Assembly (NCBI RefSeq): GCF_009834535.1
Contig: NC_045698.1
Coordinates: 15,378,001-15,442,000 of the forward strand
From: Camelus ferus
Lineage: Eukaryota
Reading direction: 5' to 3'
DNA: 64,000 nt
How positions within the stretch are numbered: the first letter of the stretch is position 1; every line of letters begins with the position of its first letter. This document shows, piece after piece, positions 28,690 to 41,887 of this stretch. The position numbers and the translations under genes were made by a program. The notes beneath the pieces are model-generated. The model was not told the DNA's origin and ran no database searches. It saw only the letters and a program-made list of their open reading frames with translations.

Positions 28690-31600
28690 ATAACATTGGA
28701 CAAATACTTTTGAAGATCACAGACATGAGACACAGTCTTACTAAAACACTGAGATTTAATCAGAGGATTATATAGAACTTTCCCCCTTTTCAACATCTTT
28801 GCACACAAAAGGACTCCAGTATAATGTTCTAAAACACCAATTAAAAGTCAGAGATTATGAGAGAGGATTAAGAACACACACAGTTATATTCTGCGTATAC
28901 ATGGGAATGACATTAAATCATAAAGACCCTGTGAGGGTAAAAGTAAAGGGAGAGATAACAGTACACTGTGCTAGTAACACTCAAGAGAAAACTGGAGTAG
29001 CTATATTCATTTCAGACAAAGCAGACTTCAGAACAAAGCAGAAGGAAGACCATTAGAGATGAAAAAAAAGGGGAATTTACCAGGCATAAAGAAGGAATCA
29101 ACTCTCTAAGAAGACCTATAATCTTAAATATATATATAAGGCAAAAAATTGATAGAAATTAAAGGAGAGATAGAAAAAGCCTATAAAAAGACTCTTTATA
29201 AGATACTTCAGCATCTCTATGTCAGTAACTGAGAGAGAAGGAGGAGAAAAATCAGTAAAATATTCATTCTCTGAATGGCACTATCAGTCAACATTATCTA
29301 ATTAACATTGTAGGCTACTCCACCAAAAGACAGTAGAATACGCATTCTTCTCAAGGTGATATGGAACAATCACTATGATAGACCTTCTTCTGTGCTATAA
29401 AACACACCTTAATAAATATTTCAAAATCACACAAAATTCCTCAACTCACACTGAGATTAAAGCAGAAATATAACTGAAAAGAAAAAACTTCCCTAAGTGT
29501 TTGGAAATTAAGCAACATTTTTTAAAATAACACATGCATTTAATATGTTTCCAGATAAATTAAATATATATTTTGGACTAAATCAAAATGAAAATACAGC
29601 TTTTCAAAATTTCAGAGATGCAATGACAAAAGTCTACAGAGGGAAATATGTGGCCTTAAATGCATACATTAGAAAAGAAGAAAGATCTAAAATAAGTAAC
29701 CTCAGGCTCTATCTTGGAGAGCTAGGGAGAGAAGAGCAATTTAAGCTTAAAATGATTCAAAAAAAATAGTTGAAACTAGAACGGAAATCAATAAAATATG
29801 AAACAAGAATTAGAAAATTCAATAAAAACAAACCCTGGTTCTTTGAAAAGATCAATAAATTTGACAAAATTACAATGAGACTAACCAGGAAAAAGAAAGT
29901 GAGAAGATAACAAATGAATAATATAAGAAATGAAAAAAAGAGGGTCATCACCATGGATCCATAGATATCAAAATGATAATACGACTAATACTGTGAGCAA
30001 ATCTATGCCCACAGATTTGACAATTTAGATATAATGGCTCAATTACATGAAACAACAGACTACCAGAACTCACACAACTCACACAAGGAGAAATAAATAA
30101 TCTGGATAACAGTTTCTATTAAATAAATTCATGATTAATGTTTCCAACAACAACAACAAAGTTGAGGCCCAAATTATGTCACTAAGGAATTCTACCAAGC
30201 AGTGAATAAATAATACAAATTGCACATGATATTTCCAGAATATACAGTGAGAAGTAATAATACCTCATTTATTTAATGAAGTCAGTATCATAGTAACATA
30301 AAAAGCAGAAATGACTTTAAATTAAGGGAAAATAAAGACTGCTACATTTTATATATAATAGAATTTGTTGAGGATTTTCATATTTTTCCTTAACTTCAAT
30401 GACATTTCTGATTTTGATATCAGAGTGGTGTATGTGTACCACAAACAAGTATGATTTATTTAAAGTTCAAGGCTGTTTCAACATTTAAAAATTAATCACT
30501 ATAATTCACCATATCAACAGGCTAACAAAGAAAAATACTTTGATTGTAGCATTTTACATAGAAAAAAATTGACAAAATTTAACAGCCATTTACAATTTTT
30601 TAAATCTCAGCAAACTAGAAAAAAAGAGAAACATTCACAATTTGATTATTAAAATCTAAAAATATATATATCAAATATCACACAATAATGAAAGACTCTA
30701 CACTTCCCTTAAGTTTGGAAACATGGCAAGAATGTCTGCTATCACCATTGCTATTCAACATCATAGTGAAATTCTTAGCTGGTACAATACGAGAAAAATA
30801 AGATAAAAAGGAACATATTGATTGGATGAAAAAAATTCTTAATTTAAATATGACATGAATATCTATGTATAAAATCCATATCATCTACAAAAAATATCCT
30901 GAAGTGATAAGCAAATATAGCAAGACGGCAGAAATACAAGTGAAATTTAAACAAAAGTAAACTGGTTTCCTATGTATCAGCATTAAGACAAGAACTGAAA
31001 TTTTTTAAAATGCCATTTATAATATACACCAAAAAATTTAGGTATAAATCTAATAAATTATGTACAAGAGCTATATGTCAAAAAAATGCAAAAAATTATG
31101 AAAGAAATCAAAGAACATCTAAATCAAAAGAGAGATTTTGTATTTTTGAATCTCTGTTTATGGATTAGAAGACTCAATATTGTTAAGATTTAATGCTTCC
31201 AATTTGATGTTTAGGTTTTATACAATATCTGTTAAAATCCTAACAAGCGACCTTGTAGATATAAACAAATTGGCTCTGAACTCATATGAAAGACAAAAAC
31301 CTAGAATAGTCAGCAAAACATTGAAAAACAAAGTTGAAATACTCATACTCCCAGATTTCAAGACTTACATAAAGTGACAGTAACCAAAATAGTTTGATTT
31401 TGTAAAAAAAAAAAGACAAGACACAAAGATCAGTGGAACTGAATAGAGTCCACAAACATTTATGTTCATGTAATTTACAACAGAGACAATTTAATAGAGA
31501 ATGGACAATCCTTTAAACAAAATATGCTGGAAAAATTCCACGTTCATATGCAAAAGTAAAATGTGCTCAGCACACAAAATATATCCTTTATAAAAATTCA

Positions 31601-33980
31601 CTCAAGATGGATTATGCATTCAAAATTAAAGTGCAGTCTCTTGAAGAGAATGTGGGAGAAAAATCCAAGTGACCTTGGGTTTGGTGATGACTTTGCGATA
31701 CAGTCACAAAAGCTTGACCTATGAAATAAATAATTAATTGGACTATATTAAAATTAAAGATGTCTGCTTTGTAAGATACACATGAGAATTAAAAGACAAG
31801 CTGCAAACTGGCAGAAAATATTTGCAAAGCCTGTATCATGAAATACTTGTATCCAAAATACACAAAGATCTCTTAAAACCAAACAGTAGGAAAATAGATA
31901 AAAGCAATTATAAAAAGGACATATACTTGAACAACACCTTAACAAAGAAGATATATAGATGACATGGCATATAAGGATATAAAGAGATGCTAAACATAAT
32001 TTGTCACTAAGAAATAGTAATTTAAAAAAAGTAAACAGTGAGATATCACTGCATACCTATCAGAATGGCTAAACCCTAAGCTGACAATACCAAAACCAAA
32101 ATTTGTGAGGATGGATAGCAGTGAAGCTCTCATACATTGCCTATGGAAATGCAAAATAGCACAGCCACTTTGGAAGACATTCTGGCAGTTTCTTTCAAAA
32201 TAAAACTTAGTTAGTTAGTCCAATAACTCAGGTCCCAGGTATTTATCCAAATGATTAAAAAACTCTGTTCATATTAAAACCCATGCATGAGTATTTTTAG
32301 CAGCTTTCCTTGTAATCGCAAAAAACTTGAAGCAACCAAAATATCACCCAATATGTGAATTGATAAACAAACTGTGGTACATCCACACGGTGGAATGATA
32401 TTCAGTGTTAAAAAGAAATGGACTATTGTATCACAGAAAGATATGCATGTGTCTTAAATATGTATCGCTAAGTGAAAAAGCCAGTGTGAAAAGCCTACAT
32501 GCTGTATGATTTTGTTTATATAACAATCTGGAAAAGACAAAACCATAAAGACAGTATGGATATGAGTGGTTTCCAGGAATCAGGGAATATTTGAAAAACA
32601 AAGGATTTTTTTAAAGCGGTGAAACAATTTTATAAATGGACTGTAATAGTGAATACACAGCAGCATGCTTTTGTCAAAATCAACAAAACTTTACAGCACA
32701 AAGGGTAAATCTGAATGTATAAAAAATTGTTTTAATATATTTTTAAGAAATCAGAGGATCCAGGGATTGAATGAAGAATGTGAGAAGATAATCTAATTGT
32801 TTGAGGAATGGTTGACACAACCTCACTGAAGGGGGTGGTGAAAAGGATGCGACTTAAGTCACTTTGGAAGTGAATGGGGAGTCTGTAAGACTGATACAAC
32901 TCTGATAAAGTTGTTTTGCATGAGAGTGTGAGTTAACAATTCTGACATATTATACATACGCCCTGTAATTGAATAACTAAGTAAATGAATAGCAAATGTT
33001 GAGAAGTAGGCTTTTCAGTGTTGGAGGGAGGGGTTACATAGTGAGAGAGAAGGCTGTCTATAATGAACCACGTGGTAACGGGTTAAAGTCTGAGATATCA
33101 GTGTGAACTCACTTTTAGTTTGTAAAGGTAAAAATGGCTACCTAAAGAAGCATTTATATGTGAGCACGGGTGTGTATGCTTGTACACTAGTTGGTATATA
33201 CACATATATTCCCTTGTTCTGTCATTTGATGGGATCTAGAAATACAAACACCTCAGGAGTAAGGAGCACTCTTAACATCCAGATCTTTGTAATATAATTT
33301 TCCAGCAAAGGAAAGCAAGGTTTTTTTTTTTAAAAGGAAATGCTGATTGTAGACCTGGGGCAAGGAAATACACAAGATGGGCACGGGGTTTACAGTATGA
33401 GAAAGTGCTCAAGACGTGCAAACCAACCAACCATGAAACCAAAACAAAAACTAAACAGCGATGAAGATTTGTAAATAGCACACGTACCACCTGGAATAGC
33501 TTTATAATAAAGCAGTATTTGATTATGAGCCACAATGTCAAATTAATATCTATGGATTCCTACTCAAATAAATAAATGATTGAATAAGGAAGTGGAGAAT
33601 AGACAAATCCCCAAGGTAGAAGAACTTCAAATACTTTGTTGATATTTTGCCCTCAAGAGGTGGAACAACACTCTGCACTTTTAAATTGTGGGCTATGCAG
33701 GGTGGACCTTCGACCAAGGAGTACAGTATGGATTTGGGGAAAAACAAATAATTTACAGTGAAGAAACTTGGGAAATGACCTCAGCCAGATGATCAAGGTT
33801 AACACCAATAGCAGTAAGTCACTTTGATAGTATGTTCCTTTGATACGATGTGGTGAGAGTAGCACTACGTCTGTGGTCTTCTTTCTAAAAATCAATATAG
33901 TCCAATCATAAGACAAAAAAAATCAGACAAATACCAATAAGGAATATTCTACAAAATGCTTAACCAGTAATTCTCAAAAC

Positions 33981-34011
<31 letters not shown>

Positions 34012-34290
34012 ATATATATATATTTTTTTTTTCCAGCAAAGGAAAGTGAGAAACTCTCACAGCCATGAAAAGAAGAAGATCTGATGACCACATGTAACGT
34101 GCTCTCAAGTATGGAATTCTGCAACAGAAAAAGTACATTAGGTAAAAATAAAGACAATCTGAACAAAGTGTGGATTTCAGTTAATTAAAAGGTATAAATA
34201 TTTGTTCATTAATTGTAATAAATGTGCCAAACTAATATGATAAATGTATGACTGGGTGTGGAAAATATAAAAACTTTTCATTCTGCCGTA
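28690..34290 (+). mobile_element. Large old LINE-1 (L1MC/MD-like): decayed ORF2 from endonuclease to RT and a long 3' UTR
   Basis: ORF remnants GVAIFISDKADFR (EN), YRGKYVALNAYIRKEERS and LPDFKTY. Colinear ORF2 3' motifs (gcagaaaatatttgcaaa, cagccactttggaagac), then a long 3' UTR. Many stops. Confidence 0.9.
33981..34023. repeat. (TA)n(TG)n(TA)n compound microsatellite
   Basis: Directly visible inside the L1 3' UTR. Confidence 0.9.
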
Positions 34291-34409
34291 GTTATTTTTT
34301 TTAATCGTGTTTATTTCAATAGCAAAACAGCAATGTAATTTGAGAGTCTGTCAGGATGGAGTAATGGTACTGGATATGAAGATCATGAGTAGCCCAGTGG
34401 AAATACAAT

Positions 34410-34462
34410 TTAGAGAGAGAGAGGGAAATAGACAGAGACAGACAGAGACAGAGAGAGAGTGA
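34410..34462. repeat. GA/GACAGA-rich simple repeat
   Basis: agagagagagagggaaatagacagagacagacagagacagagagagag. Confidence 0.8.
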
Positions 34463-35039
34463 GAAAAGGCACAGGGCAGTTCCGAGCCCAATAAGAACAC
34501 AAATACTAAACTCTGAAAGAGAAAGATAGGGGCTTGGATTTAGTGAATGTGAAGCCAGTGGACTGGCCAGATACATGTGTTCAGAAAGTAGCTAATATAT
34601 GCAAGTAAAACTTCCTTGTCTTGCTTAAAGAGAAAATGTACAAATAAAGATTTAAGGATTCTTTAAGTATTATTTGTGCAGAAATAAAACTGACTATTAT
34701 AACAAGAGAGCTCCAAATGTCAATGGTATAAAAAAGAAATGAGAACAGATGGGAGAACTCTGTGGGATTATTTACTTAGACTCTCTAAAGGGTATGCAAA
34801 GCATTAGAAGAAGAAAGGGAAAATGAGTGAACTAAGAGATTTAAGCAGAAATTGAAGATAAGATATGAAGATATGCTTAACTCCATGGATATTTCAGAAA
34901 GGTGAAAGGATCATTGGGGTTTTTCAATTATAAAGCTACTAGTGAACATCAAAGGGGCACAGAAGGAATAGAGACCAGACGTCAGGTTGTTGACTGGTCA
35001 GGTATGAGTGAGCAAGGGGAGTGCAGTATACTGTATCTC

Positions 35040-35080
35040 ATGAGTTAAGGGCTGGAGTGTGCAGCAGCAGCAGCAGCAGC

Positions 35081-35132
<52 letters not shown>

Positions 35133-35300
35133 ATGTTAGGGACCTCGTTCTGCCACTTGCATTAGGTCTAAGTAAATTGTTTACTTTACATGTCTAAGCC
35201 AGTTTACTCATGTGTAAGATAAAGGTAATAATAATATAACTCATCAAAACATCGTGAGAATTAAATGCAGCACATTTTTGCAAAGGATATGCACATTGAT
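35040..35300 (+). mobile_element. MIR relic interrupted by a trinucleotide repeat
   Basis: ttctgccacttgc...ccagtttactcatgtgtaagataaaggtaataata...gtgagaattaaatg. Confidence 0.55.
35062..35130. repeat. Compound trinucleotide microsatellite (CAG)6(CAC)5(CAT)12
   Basis: Counted directly; uninterrupted and in register. Confidence 0.97.
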
Positions 35301-36779
35301 AAGTAAATTTTTTTTTATTACACATTGTAAAAAGTGTTGACAGAGCAGAAGAAGAGAAAGGGAGAACTGCTGATTATTTCAGATAATTATCAGTGACAAC
35401 GTATTGGAATTTTTTTTGATATTGACAAATACTGTATTCAGTAGATAATGGATTGGGAGAGGCAAAAGTAAATTGCATTTAGAAATTGGAGATTTAAGTG
35501 ATGATAAGGGCTACAGTATAGTTGTACCCATGGGAAGCTGAAAAGAAGGGAAAATATGCATGGTTGGATTGAAAAGTTCAGGAAAGTTAAGGTCAGGATA
35601 ATACATACGTCATTAACGTAAATGTTTAAAAGAAGGTGTAAACTGGTATAGTTTTAAATACGTTGATTCTTGGTAATTTAGAGCTCAATGGTTTCAGTTG
35701 TATAATAGAGTTTTTACTTGTGTTGTAGGAAACTATTTTGACTTAAAATCCTGGATCTTGAGTAAGATGTTGACATCAGGAATGGTGTTTGGGTTTTTGC
35801 TTCTTTTTAAGGAAGTACAATATGATGTTGTAGTATGACCCAGAATTCCCAGAAGTAGTTTGTTACACTTGTCATTACAATACAACATATAGCGCAGTAG
35901 AAGTTGGAAAAAAATAGTAAGAAGAACCCCAGAATGGAAGTTGAGAATGAATTTCCTTAAACTCTTCACAACTGAAAGGTTTTGCCACCTATTAGTTTAT
36001 CTTGGTTCTACACAAGTTGCTTGGACACTCTGACTTACTATTTACTCATCTTAAAGTGGGGTAATACAAACAACAAAAAATTAAATTCTTCATAAAGTTG
36101 AAGACCTTTTGAGAAATTTAGTGAGTCTGATTGTTATGAAAACCCGTTACACTAAGAAATATAAGAGGCTTAACTAAAAGAATTAAGTGGCAGTCCACAA
36201 CTTATTGCAAATTGGAATTGTCAAACATTTAATTACATATGTATGTGTACATACGTGTGTATACTGTTTTATGACAATGCATATAAGAGAAGAAATGGTC
36301 AGTTTTCTTTTCCAGCTTTTGGGTCATATGACTGCATTTATATATGCAGGTCCCTTTTATTCTGAGGCAGAGTTGCAATATAATTTAACAATGATAAAGG
36401 AATGCATATTTTTAAACAATCTGTGTATATTATTTCTATATTATACATATGTATACGTGTATGTATTAGTGTGTGGGTTTGTGTGTATCCCAGAGAAGAC
36501 AGAGAATAACATAGTGTCCATCGCAGACCAGCATTCTGGCTAAATTATTGGAAAGCTAATGGAGCAGATATGAATGAAACTGGGCGTAAAATTTGCAGTC
36601 TAGAGAATCAGTATCACAGCACAGTAGAGGACTGGTCTCCTCACCACAATCCTGGAATGAGATGTCAGGACCTGAACATACCAAATACGGCAGAGACTAG
36701 TATGAGACGAGAGTAGAAACAGAATAAATTTAAATGAATGTCTAGATCTCTCTTCCCCCACTGTGTTTGAAACATATAA

Positions 36780-37520
36780 TTCAGAGAAAAATCATTACAG
36801 AATTTTTTTAAGAGTTACAATTAACATCATCAGAGAGAGAAGAAACAAATCATCTAAAAACAAGAGCAGGATAACAGGAAAGAGACGGAAAAAAGAAATA
36901 CCATCCCCACCACGACAATAACAAACTTCAGACATTAGAAAAAAAAAATTACTAGAAAGTAAATTCGCAGAACTGGGAGACAAAGATGAAAAGATAATCA
37001 TGAAAGCAGGATAAAATTTTAAACAGAAAGTGATAGTTAAAAGATAATTCAATTAACTCTTAAAGCCAGAACATCCGAAAACCAAATAATGTTTAAAATC
37101 CCACAAAGAGTTAACAGAAAAACACAGGATAGGAACCCAGCAGAGAATGAATACAAGGAAATCTCCTAACACTAAAAGTTCTGAGGCTCCATACTGAAAG
37201 GGACTTCTGTGTGTCTAGTCCTGAAAATGACCAAAGATTCATCTTGATGTATTAGTGTAAAATTTCATAACTCAAAGGATAAGAAAAGATCTGAATGTCA
37301 TCATAAAAACATGCATCCTTCTATTTCATCAGCTGGGTTGGAGGCTAGAATATAATAAAAAAAAAAAAACTTTCAAAATGTTTAAGAAAAATAATTCCAA
37401 GCTATAGCTGTGCACTTAGCCAAATTATAAATTTGGTGAGAAAGCAAGTGACATTTTCAAACACGGAGAGATTTACAAAACTATCTCCCTCCCACTCCTT
37501 TTTTCTTGGGAAGCAAACTG
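36780..37520 (+). mobile_element. Ancient L1 ORF1-region fragment
   Basis: A-rich, with motifs aaatttcataactcaaaggataagaaaagatct, ggaggctagaa, aataattccaagctatag...cacttagccaaattata. Confidence 0.55.
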
Positions 37521-38682
37521 ATGTGGTTTACTGACATTTTATTAATTCTTTTCAGACCTTGCTGTAGTTTGGGACCCACTTCAAATATAGTGCCTGCGTA
37601 TTTACATCAGCTTCTAGGAATTCCCGTTTCAATACAATAGTTACTGAAACATTTCCAAGGACCTCTAAAATACCCTCCTCTTACAGACAAAGACTAACAC
37701 ATCCCTTCTAATCTCTTCTTCATATCACTTGTTTTTCCTCAAGAGCAGGGTTCTATTTTAACATTTCTTTTTCTCTCTGTTTCTATACACATCTCTACCA
37801 TTCCATCTTGCTGAAGAACTTTGAGTTATTGTGTAAGAAGTATTTTTCTGGCTCTCCTGATGTGGGACATAGTGAGTCAGTGTACCATCAATCTAACTCA
37901 AAGAATTTTGTTATTTATATTATGTTTTAAAGATCTCTATGAGTCTCATGTTATGTAATCAATATGTAAATGATTTAATGGACTTCATGTAAGTGCACCT
38001 TGAGAGAAAAGAAATTTCAGAGGAAACATAGATAACACCAAAAGCAATAAATTCATTTTACCAAAGAGAGTAGATCACAAGGAGGCTAAGGTGCTTGCCC
38101 CTTATGACGTTCCCAGTTAGAGATAGAATTTGGTACAAGAGCAATTTTAGATTATTTCTAGTGTATCACACACCTGTTTCACTCTTACGTGTCCATCTAA
38201 TACTTCTTTGAACACAAAGGTTACATTTTTTTAAATATATAAGTGACATACATATATTACATAGACTATGTACACATATATTTCTGTAAAGGTAAGCATG
38301 CAATGTAATTAAAAAATTATGTACGATTATTGTTAATAGCCAAAATTCCCCATGTAAATTCTAAGCATTGTTACAATGCTTAGTGCCTGAATGAAGGCCA
38401 GTGGCTGTGATATTATAAATTTAAAAATCCCAAGATAGTTATGAGTATTGAAATACTAGGCCTAGTACCTTCAGTAGCATAAAAGCTGTACCAGAATTCT
38501 TCCAATGTATGAACATCAAAAAACCTCTTTTCACCATGTCACTTTTGTCGTTTCCCATGGTGCATGAAATTATTTCCATTCATGGTTTTTGTTTTGTTTT
38601 GTATTTTTCTCATTAATTTATTTGCTTGTTTGTTGTAAATCAAATAATTTTTGAAATATTTGCTATTAACATCTGTGCGGTT

Positions 38683-39032
38683 GTTGTGGGCTGAACTGCA
38701 TTCTCCTAAAATTCATATTTTGGACTCCTAACCATCAGTACTTCAGAATATGACTGTATTTGAAGATGGGGCCTTTAATTAAGGTCAAAAAAAGGCCATG
38801 TGTGTGGGCTCAGTATGACTAGTGTCCTTAGAAAAGGAATTAGCACAGAAAAAAGACCATGTGAAGATATGGAAAGAAGACAGCCATGGACTAGCCAAGG
38901 ATAGAGGCCCTTCGAGGAAATCAGCTCTGCGGATACCTTGATCTTGGACTTCTTGCTTCCAGAACTGCCAACAGTTGTGTTGTTTAAACCACCTGTGGTG
39001 TTTTGTTATGCAGCCCTAACAAAGTAATTCAG
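38683..39032 (+). mobile_element. MaLR solo LTR (MLT1B/C-like)
   Basis: tgttgtgggctgaactg...aatatgactgtatttgaagatggggcc...accttgatcttggacttc...ccagaactg...gttatgcagccctaac. Confidence 0.85.
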
Positions 39033-39629
39033 TGGTGTAGCAAAAATAAAAGATAGAGGTACTTAAAAAAGTTTTCTTAATTGAGTGAAAGAAAGACCTA
39101 CCAATTTTATATATTTGCTTAGCATCTCAGTCATGTAGTTTGAAGTGACCTGCCCCTCCTAAGTTTTCCTTGTGCCATCATTGCTTCTGATACATGATTC
39201 CATGCAGAGGCAGTCAGATTTCCTAGCAAGATGCAAAATGCAGTAACTCTTGACAAGAATCATTTTGTCAGCTGGAAGCGATTTGCATATTAACCTTCTT
39301 CAAAGGGTCCTGCATCGTGGCATAGCAAATCACATTGCTGGGACCAACCCAGAAGTTGATTGAATGAACTTTTCCTCCAGGATGGTTATGACATTGCCAG
39401 CTTTTAAAATATTATATAAGTGTTTCGCATATTAGACTGCAAATTACCCCACTACATCAAGATTCTAATACAGTTCCCAGGAATGAGACAAAGATAAAGT
39501 TGAGATGGTGAGAGGTAAGAAAGGACATCTACAATTATCCTGGGAAGGGCAAGGGTAACTGCAACTATGAGACACCAGAAGAGGGATGGGAAATGCAGAT
39601 TCAAATGGCCACAACATAATTATCAGTTA

Positions 39630-41387
39630 TATGTTTTTGAAGTAAACATTTAATAGTGAATAGGACTGAATATAATTTGCCTACATTATTTATATTTCTA
39701 CCCATTTCCCCAAGTGTGAATTTCTTCTTTCACACTTTGTAATACAAATATAATTATAAATATTTCATAAATACAGCTAGATATTGATGACATCTTCGGA
39801 ATGAATCTATAAGCAACTTTTCATTTTTCCTATATATTGTTCTAAAATTTCAGGAGTCACTTGTAGAGTTACAATATTAAGAAAATATATTATTATTTCA
39901 TAGTTAGTTACCTGTTTTGTTAAGTGCATTTCTAGAGTGTACAATTCATTTAAAAGTATTGTATATGAGTGCAGTTTACCTGTATGCTTATAAAATCTAT
40001 TCTTTCTTAGAAAACTCATCAAATTAAAAAGTGAAAGTTTTTTACAGAGGTGGTTTATGGTACTGTTTACATTAGAATTATTGTAGATGACAGCATAAAA
40101 AGCAACTGAGCTCCAGTATAATAACAATGTTCACAAAGTTGAATTCTGTATTAATAAGATTGACAAGTCAACTACCTGATTTTGCATTTGTGTTCATTTT
40201 AAGAGTTAGTCATTGGTTTGAATTTTCTGCAGCTCCTGATTTTTTTATTTGTTCAATAAGGTATAATAAATATTTTTAGACATGTTGTAAATCCATTCTG
40301 TATTATATGATATGTATATTCTTCTCTTTGTTCATCAAAAAATGACTAGATTGTAAGAAACTCTGAGCAGCTATATATGAATTATTCTTCCCATGTTTAA
40401 ATCAATGGCACTTTTTTTCCCCAAAATGTTTCATAGAAACACAACTTCAATTTTATCTATGACTGAAATCTTCTCTGATCTGGTGATTTGTTAAAACCAA
40501 CCTTCCACACACCAGCACAGTATTAAGACAAAACCAATATTTATTTTAATGTGAAGTTTCAGCCCTGAGGCCTCTCTTTAAAAAGAGAATTTTTTTTTTA
40601 AATTTCCTTTTTAAAAATTTTATTTTATTTTTTTTTGGAAAAAAGTAACATTTTAATGAACACCTTTAATAGGAACTAATATTAAGATTAAACATTGCTT
40701 TTAAAATTCGGGACTTACATATTGAATTTGATATTATCGCATTTATTTCAATTTTCTGAAAGGGTAGAAAAAACAAATAGGTTCTGGCATACAGTTTAAA
40801 AAAGAAAAAAATGCATTTTAATTCTAAGAAGATGGAGTTCAGAAAGTATTCTTCTTTTTTCCTTAAAAGGAGTTAGAAGTCAGCATGTTGCTATTGCTCC
40901 TTGACATAAAGACAGGGTCTTTGTTTTATATCCTCTGTATCTGAATCCTGTAATGCCATCACAGCAGAGTGTACTATACACCACTTTAAATGATAAGAGT
41001 TTCAATAGGCACTTTAGTGGAATTAAGAAAAATCTAACACTCTTCCACCGTGATGCCACAGAGCTATCTTCGTTCTGGGTTGCCATGTCAATAAATTGTA
41101 TTTAAGAGGCCTGAGCTTGTCTCAGTGTGTTTCCAAAACAACAAAACAAAACCAAGCAAGAGTACACATTATAGGATTTATCTTGTGTTGGCAGAATAAA
41201 CCGAAACTAACAATATGATAAATAGAGTAACTTGCTAGAAACCAGATAATCAAAGGAATCTTGTCCTGTAAAGCCTGGGGGTGTGTGTGTGTGTGTGTGT
41301 GTGTGTATGTATCTGTGTGTGATTTCTATTTGTGTTCCTTTTCCTTAAATGCCTTCTGTTAGTTGTGTTTTAGCCTTTGCTTCTCTC
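39630..41387 (-). other. CDH12: Putative CDH12 3' UTR (distal end uncertain)
   Basis: AT-rich sequence after the stop with no recognised interspersed repeats. Candidate minus-strand polyA hexamers are AATAAA (tttatt near 40540 and 40244) and ATTAAA (tttaat near 39649). The true end cannot be determined from sequence. Confidence 0.55.
41281..41321. repeat. (GT)13 microsatellite with a degenerate extension, in the CDH12 3' UTR
   Basis: Directly visible about 70-105 nt past the stop; reads (CA)n in the mRNA. Confidence 0.95.
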
Positions 41388-41887
41388 TTAAGTGACTTTA
41401 TCAGGGTTATAACTCTCTTCTTCACCAAACATGTCTGCCAAGACTTTAAAGCGGGGTCCCCAGTCTGTCAGATAGTTGTAGTCCTGGTCAGCTTCTGTGG
41501 TGAGAGACTCTATCGAGCTAAGGGAGTCGGCTACTGATCCATTTCCTTCATAGGCATACGTTGCCAATGAATCGTACGGTGGGGCGGTGGGGTCCAGATC
41601 ATTTTCCTGAAGCCTTTGATTAATGAAATCCCTTATATCTGTGTTATCTTCTACTGGGGGTCGCTGACGAGGTAAACAGAGAGAGTCTGGTTTGATATCC
41701 CTGCGAATGTTGTTATCGTCAATCACTTTGGGGTTTCTCAGAGCACCGATGTCGAAAGCCTGGGTATCCTCCTCCCCACCCCCTTCATCATCATAATGGA
41801 TAACATTGTCTCTGATGTCTTCTTTAGAGGTCATCAGGGTGTCTTTCTTCTTCTGCCTTCTCAGAGCTACATACAGCACAACTATGG
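41388..41887 (-). CDS. CDH12: Cadherin-12, last coding exon (end of TM helix plus cytoplasmic domain, stop TAA)
   Basis: Translates (A)[45 protein letters not shown]...[16 protein letters not shown]...[24 protein letters not shown]. Contains the p120-binding [10 protein letters not shown] and beta-catenin-binding PPYDSL motifs, and the C-terminus matches CDH12 as I recall it. Acceptor ttctag|CC at 41889-41888, phase 1. Confidence 0.96.

Noticed and set aside
62..39600. Dozens of 60-118 aa ORFs in the ORF track
   Set aside because: Low-complexity F/L/I/K-rich translations of AT-rich DNA or repeats, often with non-ATG starts. No domains or exon structure.
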